In this document: positions 11,901-23,562 of the stretch, piece after piece | Layout: each line of letters opens with the position of its first letter | How positions within the stretch are numbered: position 1 is the stretch's first letter | Assembly: GCF_037042905.1 (NCBI RefSeq) | Contig: NC_087250.1 | Coordinates: forward strand, 28,460,001-28,517,652 | Direction: 5' to 3' | Length of the DNA: 57,652 bases | DNA from: Lytechinus pictus | Taxonomy: Eukaryota | The notes under the pieces: generated by a model | Databases searched by the model: none | Told to the model about the DNA's origin: nothing | What the model saw: only the letters and a program-made list of their open reading frames with translations | Translations under genes and position numbers: made by a program

Positions 11901-14900
11901 GGAGGAAGGCACGTGTGGAGTTGGCCTTTTTGGTTACAGCATTTATATGTTGATTCCAGCTGAGGTTCCTCTGCAGCTCAACTCCAAGATACTTTGCTGT
12001 ATTTTTATCAGATATAGTCTGTCCATGGATGAAGTAAGGCTTGATGATAGGTTTGCGCTTATTTGTGACATGAAGTACTTGACACTTCTGTGGATTGAAT
12101 TCCATCAGCCAATCATGCTCCCATCGTTGCAAGGAGTCAATGTCCTCTTGGAGACGAATGGCATCTTCCTCTGTCTTGACGTTGGCATAAACCATGCAAT
12201 CATCAGCAAAGAGCCTTACTGTTGAGTTGTTGGAGAGATACTCTGGCAGGTCATTGATGAAGATGAGAAAGAGCATTGGCCCGAGGACACTGCCTTGCGG
12301 AACGCCTGATGTTACTTGGCTGGTGTTGGAGATGGATCGGTCCAATACAACGCGTTGGGTCCTATTACTCAGAAAGTCAGCTATCCAATGGTGAGTGTGA
12401 TCTCGGATTCCATAAAATTGAAGCTTGTGTAACAGGCGTACGTGCGGTACTTTGTCAAATGCTTTAGAGAAGTCAAGGAGTATCATATCCAGTTGACACT
12501 TGTCATCAATGCTTCTAGCAAGATCTTGGACGGCAAGAATCAGCTGAGAAATACAGGGTCGTTTCTTGCGAAAACCGTGTTGAGCATCAGACAATACATT
12601 GTGATCTTCAAGGTGGGTCATGACGTCACTAAGAACGATGTGCTCTAGAATTTTACAGGTCACAGATGTCAGAGAGATAGGACTGTAGTTCTCTGGTTTA
12701 CTACGGTCGGCTTTCTTGAAGATGGGGACAATGTTAGCCGTCTTCCATTCAGCAGGGATGATACCTTGATCTAGGGAGGCTTGAAAGAATATGGAGAATA
12801 TTGGTGTCAATTCGGTGGCAAGTCCCCTCAAAAGTCTGGCAGGAATTTCGTCAGGACCAGATGCCTTATGGATATCAAGCTCAGACAGAATCTTATGGAC
12901 CCCTGGGGAGAGATGATTATATGATCCATTGATGGGTAAGCACTAGGCCCTTTGTCTCTCAGGATGGTCATATCTTCATCATGGTTGAATACCGATGAGA
13001 ATTGTTGGCTTAAGATGTTGGCCTTAGAGAGACTGTCAGCAGTAGTCAGACTATCATGAGACTTTAATGGTGCTACACCTGAGGCATCATGGCGCTTGCT
13101 GTTTACAAAACTCCAGAAACGCTTTGGATTACTTGTGGTGTCTGGACTGACAATATCTGTCAAGTACTTGTTGTAAGCTTGTTTGCAGGCAATTCTGGAA
13201 TGTCTCTTGACCTGCTGGTACTTCTCAAGGTCAGCTTGGTCATTGCTGGTCTTCGCTCTGTTATAGTACTTGTTTTTTTTTTCTTGAGAGCCGTTTGACA
13301 GAGCGAGTTATCCAGGGCTGGTTGTATCTAGTTGATGACATCTTTGAAGGTACATGCTTATCCAGCAGCTTTGTCAGAGTTGTTTTGATGTCAAGCCACA
13401 TGTCTTGTACAGAGCTAGAAGTACAGTATTGACCAGTAAAGCTGTTCTGGAATACAAGGCAATCCTTCTTCAGGTTCTCTAAGTCTGCCTGCTTCCAAAG
13501 GTAGATCTTTCTCTTCACGGGTTTGCGTCTGCTAGCTTTAATAGAGGACACCACAGACACAATATCGTGATCACCAAGTAGCGTATCATCAGGCAGCGCA
13601 GGTTGCTTGCCGTTTATAACAGGGCATCTGTTTTTTAGCGCATTGTTAGCGCTAACAACGTTTTGGTGCGATCAGTAGTGATGCATAGTAACCTATTCCT
13701 CTCTCAATGTACTAAAACCTCTGTATACCACAATTGTATGTCACTAACACCTCGGTCACATTTGCTCTACGGCGGCCGTGCGGTGAGTTGAAAACAGCCG
13801 TTTTAAAATTTTATATGAGCTACATATAGGTGGTTTGTTTAAGAATGAATAAAACGGCTGTTTTCGACTCACCGTACGGCCGCCGTAGAGCAAATGTGAC
13901 CGAGGTATTAGTTAGAGGGTTATTTACATACCATCTTGGATTTCTTTGGTTTACATGCAGGTTTATAAAGCCAAACTCTATGGTTCTCGTCATGTATGGA
14001 TCCTTCCTGCTTATCAACAAGGCTGGTGGAAGAAAACTGATAATTCAACAGAATGTAACGCTGATCAACTTGGACGAGCTCTGAAAGGTTACATAGCAAC
14101 TGATATCCTCACACTGAGTGCCAATGAAGAACAAACGATATCCGGCAGGGTACGTTTTAAAACGATTATCATTTCAGTTCTATACCCATGGACCTGGCCA
14201 CGGAGAATTATATATTGTTATTGGAGGTGCTGTGACAATGCTCAGCACCCCAAGTAACAATACAATAATCCTCCGAGGCCAGGTCCCTGACTATATATAC
14301 TCCTAGTTCTATCAATCTGGATGTTAGTGTAGCATGTTGAGTAGAAAGCGGAGATAACCGTTGTGTAATCAATTGTCAGTGACTTATCTACGGAGGATTA
14401 GTCTATTGTAACTGGAGGTACTGAGCATTGTTACAGCACCCCCAGTAACAATAGATAATCCTTCGCGGACAGGTCCAGGTCAATCGTGTGTTTCATTGAT
14501 CTAGTTAACACAATTATTAAAGCTAATTACTTAAATAACAATAAAAAATATGCATTTCTATGCAGACACCGGCAGAGTATGAAGCCCTCTATGACGCAGC
14601 AAGGAAAGGAGATTACTCTGATTACCATGGCTACGCATACGATGGTATCTGGGTGATGGCTCTAGCTATTAATCACGTGATTAAGATGTTTGAGAAGGAG
14701 AATAATCTTGATGCCTTCTTTGATTTCAAGTATGATGATCAGAAGATGTTGGATCATTTTAGTAAAGCTATGAACGAGACAAACTTCCCTGGGGTGACGG
14801 TGAGGATTATTATTTTCTTATCTTATTATTAATATCTCATTTATAAAGCGTCTGTGACACCTCAATGAAGATTATACACCTTGCCTAAAAGGACCCGCGT

Positions 14901-16357
14901 AAGTGCCAGGGTGAATTTTAAACCTAAAGGGGGTTTCACACCGAGATCTGCGTAGAGTTGCGTAGAGACTACGCAACACTACGCCAAAATAATGGTTCTC
15001 ATTTTTTATTCTGAATGGAAGGTATGGAATGCCTGAAAATCACATATCAATAAATCGAGTGAACTTGTTAAATAACGATGGGCTGTTAAAATGCAAAAAA
15101 AATAAAAAACTGTAAAAAAAAAAAAAAACGACACCATTTTAACATTCATTTAACATGAACATCGCCATTGATTTACACGAACCCTATTTATATGATAGAT
15201 GCACTGCAATCAACGTAAAAACACGACATTTCCATTGGTATTTTTACAAAGATTATTATATTCTACTTTAATTTTTCTCAATTTGTCGGTATAATATTTT
15301 TGCCAGCCTGGAGAACCCCTTTAAATTTGGTGTACTCATGCTTGATCATACTGTTTCTTATCGGTTTTTGTCTTGTCATTTTACAGCCGGTTAAAAATGA
15401 CTTATAACGACATAGTAATATCAGAGGACTATTATGCAATATTTCGATTTATGGTATGACAATAATGAATATATTACGTTTGTTTCGTTTATTACAGGGA
15501 GTAGTTCAATTCAGAGAGGGAGAACGGCTTGGATGTACCATGCATAAACAGTTACAAGGTTTGTACCCCCCGCCCGACCTTGTGGGCATATCGGTGATAT
15601 TATTCGTTTTAATATCGTTGATACCCTTGTTCCTCATCCAGATGACAGCCCTATATGGCATCTCACCGACGATTTCTAATTTTGATAAACGGGCTAGAAA
15701 TAAGTGGATGGGGTTACTTGGATACACGGAGGGAAGGGGCGGGGGTGACATTATACATGGCTAAACTCCTTTGCTGATTCAAAGTCCTATATTTCCATGC
15801 GTTCTTACAATAGATTAAAAATTAGATCAAAATAATCGTTTTTAATCTGCTATGATATGCTGACCCCAAATGCATTAAAATTATTCATACTTTTTACGAA
15901 AAAAATATGAATTAGGAATTTAGGATGCTTCTTTCTTTGTTTTACTGTTTTACCGAAAGCTTCAGATAGTACAATAGTAAAGCAATGGCATGATTATTCT
16001 ATCGAGCTCTACCATGTCTGCATGTTTAAGGAAACAATCAGTCAGTTCATACAGTGGAACACTTTCGTGCATGTTCTCTTTACTAAAATTTGTGACAGAC
16101 AGTTATTTCATCCGCAGATGTGAATTAATTTGTTTCGTTTAGCTCGTTTTGCTTTTGATTTCAAACTTTATTTTTGATAGATGGAGAAATGTTAAAGGTA
16201 GCCGAGTATTACGCAATCACCGACTCTCTAAATCTGTCTACTAGATCAGGAAACAACTTCAAGTGGGAAGGTAATCTATGGATGTAATTGTATATAAACA
16301 ACTCCATACATTAATTACTTTGTTAGGTTTGTTGCTGTTGTGTCCCCCCCCCCCCCC

Positions 16358-16391
<34 letters not shown>

Positions 16392-19300
16392 GTGATTTCC
16401 TTCTGTTAATTGAGTCTAAAAGAAAAGATAGACCTGTTCTAGTTACCAAAATTATTTGAATGATTTAGTCTTTTTCATGAGACGCCAACTAAATTATGAT
16501 TTTTTTTTGTAATCAATGCGTATGAATTCATGATTATTCCAAAAGTAATCCATTCTCTTTTTTTTTTTTTTTTCGGAAATAAAGGTGATGGCCCGCCCTC
16601 TGACGTCCAGATGCAGGAGATCCTAAACCTTCGTGTATCTCGGATAGTATTTGCTGTACTCGCTACCATAGCAACGGCTGGTATCATCATGGCATTTGGT
16701 TTTCTAATATTTAACATGAAGAGCAGAAATCAGAGGTATTTTATCTATAGTTAAATGTTATTATTTCAACACGAAAAAAAATATCTCTCCCAGGAGATCA
16801 CTTACATTGATACTTCCTGCTTTTTAAATTCCATACATTTTAAAATTCCATAAATCTTAATAATAAACCATCCCATTCAGTAGATGTATGAATGAACTGT
16901 CACTCCTCCCTGGCGACGCCCCTTTATATTTTGTTGTAGGTTAGTGAGGGGCGGTTATGAAAACATTAGAAATTCCACTTTCAACGCAATGTGCGTCTTC
17001 TAAAAGCTAAGATTTTATCTTTCATGCACGACTCTACACATCACGGAATGATAGTTTTCGACACTTCTTTTAGTAAGAGTGTGTCATATCGAATGCATAC
17101 TAAAGTCAAGAGTTATATTATGTAATTGATTTAAATATACACGATGACCTTTACAATTACAGGTTTTCGTAAAATAACTTTAAAACGGACATACATGTAC
17201 GCTTTTCGATATGCACTCATCGGAGTAAACGCTAGAGCTAAACGATATAATTATTACAAAACCGAAACTAGACAATGGACAATGATGGACCGAAATTAGA
17301 CATGCGATTTTACTCCGTTGAGTGCATGTGGTAAAGCTTCAGTATTTCCGTTTCTAAAGCTATTTTACGATTTTGCGGTACCAAACACTTATTTAATTTC
17401 AGGTTTATAAAGATGTCTAGTCCATTCTTGAATAATCTTATCATCATGGGTGGTATATTGACCTATGGAAGTATCTTTCTTCTTGGTCTTGATCATGGAA
17501 TGGTCGGTGATTACTCATTCAAAGCTGTCTGCACGGTAATTATTATTACATATCTTGTAAAATTACCATTGTCTTGTGTTCTTACTACTATATTGAACAA
17601 ATTGAAAAGTAGTTTCTGAAAACTTAACAATTTATTATGAATATATTCTTATTCTATTGAGCTTTAAATAAAAAAGACGTATAATGTTTATTCACAACTG
17701 AATTGATTAGCAAAATTTCTTTATCTTGATCTTGACATCCAGCAGGACTACCAGTTTAAGATTAAAAAAAGCCTCCCCAAAATGCAAATAAATGGGTAGG
17801 TACAAACAGATAAATTTAACAAATACATGTAGTAATCAAACTATTATTATTATTTTTAGTTTCAATATAAACGTGTACGAATTGCTCTTTATTTTAGTAT
17901 TAATGTGTATGAATATTGTTAGCAAATATCATTTTTTATTTCAGGCCCGTGGCTGGTTTCTGTGTATCGGATTTACTTTAGCATTTGGAGCTATGTTTAG
18001 TAAAACATGGAGAGTACATAGGATCTTCACTAATATCAAAATGAAGAAAAAGGTAAGTCATTGGTGTATTGTGTGAAGTTCGGATCTTATATGTAAAACA
18101 GTCCATCATTAATAAAGACATTATGCTTGGCAAGGATTACGAAGACTGATCATGCTGATAGTTCATTTTTATTACCTCTTGTAATCGTTTCAGGTAATTC
18201 GAGACAATCAGTTGTATGCTATTGTAGGCGTGATGCTCGTTGTCGATCTCATTATCCTCATCACGTGGCAAGTCGTTGACCCCGTCGAACCAAGAGAAGA
18301 AAGACTCGATGAAAGGGTAGGATTATTTTGTGATTCAGTTGATAAACGTGAAGGTCCCCTACCCTCAAGTTTGTTCAGACACACCTTTTAATTAATGTCA
18401 CACTGTCATAGTAGCATTAAGCTTACAAGACATTGCAACATCGTACTTTGGTAGTTGGGGTTTTCTTAACCAATTCGATCCATGTTGTTGCATTATCTTC
18501 TTCTCGACATTTGTTGATATTTCATATATTTTAAACACTGTTGCCTGTTAGAGAGCCAATAGTTAGCTCTGCATGTATACGTGTCCCTCTCAAATTTTGA
18601 CAGTATGAAGAAAGGGTCGTGTGATCAGCATTGAACTCATGATCACAAGTTTGTGAGTTCGAATCCGAACTCTGACATTTTCTCTCCACTTTGATAAAAA
18701 AAATACCCTAGACTAATATCTGTCTATTACATCAGTCACTATGACTGATATTAAAAGGACTATGACTGATATTAAAAGGTTTCCTATGGTAATTTTCTAT
18801 ATACCATATTGGCGTTTACTAGCAAAATTGTACTGCCGAGTTCATACGGGAGTTACCACAAATAGAAACAGAATTACTTTTCCAACATTGCTATATTGTC
18901 AATCATTTCTATATAAATAGAACCTTCTCTGGATCTCGGTGTTGATATCGGGTGGCAGGTTACACCGTTTATGATATTACTTTTCTTCTGATTACAGCAA
19001 GATCCCAATGGCCGTGACGTCATCTTGATACCAGTGATGTTAAACTGTAAGAGTAGGAAGACAATGATCTGGCTTTCAATCATCTATATCTATAAAGGAG
19101 TTCTCATGGTAACTAATATTTTAGTATTCTTGGATTGCCCTAAAAATAAGTTTGAATTCATTCAGAGTTTTGAAATATGTTAACATCTCTCTGGCATAGC
19201 TGTTCAAAAGATTGACCGTTTTCCATATATTATTATTATTTTGTATGGAATTTTTAAGGTTGTGTCGGTTGTTGTTAAAAGTCGTTAAAAAGCATTAACA

Positions 19301-22274
19301 TACATTTTTTTTTCTTGGTCCAAGGGGTGAATTGTGCTTGATACCCCCTCCCTTTGTCAACTTTGCTGTCGAATGGGCGTTTGTGATGGGAAAACGGCAC
19401 TCACGAAGTAGTGTTTACAAATTAATGCAGTTAATGGAAAATGTGTTCTAATTCACTAAGGCATATTCAACGACAAAAAATAACATTTAAGAGTTTATGT
19501 GCTGAATTAAGTAATTTTGGCATAATGTGCCTTTTTCAAGAAATATAGTATTTATCTGTTTATATGCGTAAGAGTTCATGTGATTCATATTGAAGGAATA
19601 CATTACTATATTCATTTTATTTTCTTACCATTTAAATTTCATTCAGATTTTCGGGCTTTTCTTGGCATGGGAAACTCGTCATGTGAGCATACCCGCCCTC
19701 AACGACAGCAAATACATAGGGATGAGCGTATACAACGTAGTAATCATGTGTGTATTGGGTGTATCTCTATCATTTGTAATCAATGATAATCCCAATGCTT
19801 CATATGGTCTTGTATCAACCTTCATACTCTTCTGTACGACCATCACGCTTTGTCTCGTATTCGTACCAAAGGTAAGAAATAAGAGTGCCGTCTGAATACC
19901 ACCTAATTAACAACCCCTATACTTTCAGCAAGAAGAATAAATTGTATACCTCATCCATAATGGAAGAATCAAAACCTATGTATACGACTTATATGTCGCA
20001 AGAAATTACATTTTGCACCCCGAAAAAATATATATCATTTGCTTTAGGTAATATGCCATTATTATAGCCAGCAATTGTGGGACAAAAAACACATGTTATG
20101 ATTAGACCGTCATAAATATATTGTTTTAAATTCCCTTTTCCCCACAGTAGAGTGTTTTATTCGATAAAGCTTCAGTTTACATTTGCTTTCACAGTCATCA
20201 GACACTCTAAAATATTGGGTAAAAGTGCTCCATGAGGGTAATTATGTGTCCAACTAACATTGGACAATTCTTTTGGGCATTTTTATTTATCCATTGTTGT
20301 GAAAATTTTGCCCATAGCTGTTTTTTTTTTTGTTTTTTTGCCTTACTGAACAATATGCTTCCCGCATTAGGTAAAATCCTGCCCCTTATTGGTTGGACAC
20401 AAAATTACCCCCTCATGGTGGAAGAAATTTCACCCAATATTTTGTGATAGTATGCAAAATACAAAAAGTGTTTAACAGTATCATTAGAATAACTGATACA
20501 GTCTTGCCATGATATAAAATATTTACACTACCAAAAAAAAGGGAAAACAGACCAAAACATAAATACAATTTATGTAGAGGACCAGAGATAAAGATGCAAT
20601 ACCGCATGTAGCATTAGCAAACCGATTAAAATATTTCCGACATTAGTTGAAAAGATTAATGAAATTTGACCAACTTTTTGCAAAAAATACCTGCTTCAAA
20701 TTATTACATGAAATGCTCTCTCGTACAAAGAAATAATTATATTTAAAAATAATTCATATTTTTAGAAACAATCCTTAGCAACTGATAACGATTAAAATGC
20801 AGCTAAAAATGTAATTTTACAATAAGAGTTTGTAATTTTCGCACATTAAGTTGTTTGGAAAGAGGCCCATAGGCACTCCCTTTCCGATTATTAAGTGAAG
20901 TTCGGAAGAACCCTAATGCTAACATTAAGATGCAGGTTGCCGTAAATTTAATGACATTTGAAATTCACTTCAGGTTGTCGAACTCCGAATAAACCCGAAT
21001 GCCAACGAGAGGATCCGAGTTGTAGGAGCTTTGGATAAAACCCGAACCTGTTCTACTAATGCTGGCACTATGGATTCAGATTGCAGGTTACGAGGCCTTG
21101 CTATCGAGAAGAATGAACTCGCTAAGAAACTCTCAGATGTAAGTAAACCTTTGTCATATTTTCCATACCTTTTTCATGGATATGAAAAATACATAGAGCA
21201 CGTTCAATAGTTGATATAAGTTTTAAAGATCCTCAAGAAATTTAAGGTAATTTCTGCAATATTTGGTTCGCGTCCCAGATAATCACTCTTACAAGCCTTG
21301 CTATACCTTATCGGGCTGTAACTTGTGAGGTGTGAATTTACCTCCTGATAACACTTCTTGGCAGAACTATCCACTACTCTGCAATAAAGTTACACTCTAA
21401 ACAACGAAATGCTAATATAGGTCGTAAGGAGCAGTGACTGCAATTCGGAGTGCTGATTTGTCTAGTTCAAATTCGAACGAGAAAAATCAGCACTCCGAAG
21501 TGCAATCACGATACACGCTCTTTAAGAGCTAAATTAGCTCTTTGTTTTTAGACTGAGCTCCCTTTTAATATGTTTTAATTTTGAAAGCAATGAGGTCGGC
21601 CATTTTCTCTTTTCCATCGTAGATAACCCCTAATTGAGACAATCGCAATAACTTTATATTAAAAATACTTTCAACTTACAGCAAACCAAGATAGTTCAAG
21701 ATCTGGAGACACAGTATACAAAGATCGCCCCAGAGGACGCACCATTGCTGTTTAGTGAGGAATGGTCGTCAGGCATTGATAACTCTACATTGTCAGCAAG
21801 ATCAAGAGGTATTTTGCTTTAAAATAGTCAATATTGATTTGCTAGCAATCAATTGATGATTGATTAATTAATTTATTATTTGAATGATTGACTGATACAT
21901 TCATTTAATGGTTTAATAGATTATTTGATCAATGTATTTCTGTATTGATTGATAGTTCGGCGATCGATTAATGGGTTGACTGAGCAATTAATTAATTGTA
22001 CGATAGTTCGATATATCTATTGGTTGATTAATTGACTAATTTGAATGAATGGCTCATTGACTTCCTGATTGATGGACCGATTGATAGTTCTATCAATCAA
22101 TCAATCAATGAATTGATTGATTCTTTGATCGATGGATAGATTGACGGGTGAATTGCAATGATTAAGTAATAACCTGAAGAGATCCGTTCAGTGACAAGTT
22201 GTTTTCGTATGCAGATGTGTCGGCATTGTCAGCTGTGGATATAATATAAAGTATCCTGTACGGTGCTTTTTAAT

Positions 22275-22305
<31 letters not shown>

Positions 22306-23525
22306 TTGATTGATTTATTTATTTATTAGAACATACTAATTCAGGTCCAAAAGATCAGCATAAAACTTTTTTTCATCAATGACATGATGAAAACCAAGAA
22401 CAGCAAAAATCATATCATACATGAAAATAATGTAAAAATCTGAGTCAAAGATAACATTGCTTGGTAACATAAATAAATATATTTTACTTCAATGATAATA
22501 TGACTGAAAAGTATATGTATTACATTGATTAGTTTGTTGATTGAAGGATTTTGTTTGACTATTGAAATACATGTAAGATATTTCACCCTTTTTTTAATAT
22601 CTGTACAGCTGAAAGTAATAGAACAGCGACATCTCCAGTCAGTGTGACGTTTAATGTTCATTCATCAAAAATCAACCACACAAAAGAGTAGGTCATATTT
22701 TCTTCTCTTTTTTTTTTTTGGGGGGGGGGGTGTTCCGGGGTTTGGATTGGATTAATTATATTTCCATGTATTGAGTATTTTATGATAAAATATTTACTAA
22801 ATTTCAATAGATGCTATTCAGATATTTTGGAAAATGTGATCTTTTTCATACTTGTTCCGATAGAAGTGGGAAATTATATTTAGCTGGTCAAATCTTTCCT
22901 TCTACATGTTATTAAATCGTCTATCCAGACAAAAAATAAGTTAGGCTTAGAAAGGATGAAATGGACCAAAATTAATCGCGTTTAGTCTGCTCCAGAATTT
23001 AATTATTATATTTAATTGTTCAATTATAAACACTAAATACGTATTCCAAACACAATATTATGTTTATAGTTGTGTTTATAGTTGTGTAGCTGATATGCTT
23101 GTTATTCACTTTGGAAAATATAATTGTATTCTTAGTGATTATATCCCTGTATTTCGTTTACCTTATATCTTTTGTCCAAAATTTATTATATTTGTTTTTA
23201 TGTTATAATTTCTTTCTCGTTTGCGAATTATGTTTCAATGTTGTTCTCTTTAAATCAAATTTATTACTTTATTGATTTATTCTGAGAATTGAATGTAAAT
23301 GTAGATTATTTGCCTGTTTTATAAACTAAGCAATCTTCGGTGAACAGACACAAAAAAATAAACGTTCGGTGACTAAACTTGCCCCCCTACCTTGCCAGGA
23401 ATACGTGTTGTTTCTTATTGTTCTAACTCTGTGACTGCCTAATTACTTAACCCATTTGCTATGCAGGGGCGGCGGAACGGGGGGGGGGCATGCGCGGGGC
23501 ACTTGCCCCCCCCCAAAAAAAAAAA

Positions 23526-23562
<37 letters not shown>

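Noticed and set aside
7964..12648. Plus-strand ORFs overlapping the Tc1 and CR1 elements (e.g. 8270-8869, 11731-12225)
   Set aside because: Antisense shadows of transposon coding sequence.
5832..19871. GABA-B1 or metabotropic glutamate receptor identity
   Set aside because: There is no cysteine-rich domain between the flytrap and TM1, and motifs such as HGYAYDGIW and [16 protein letters not shown] fit GABA-B2.
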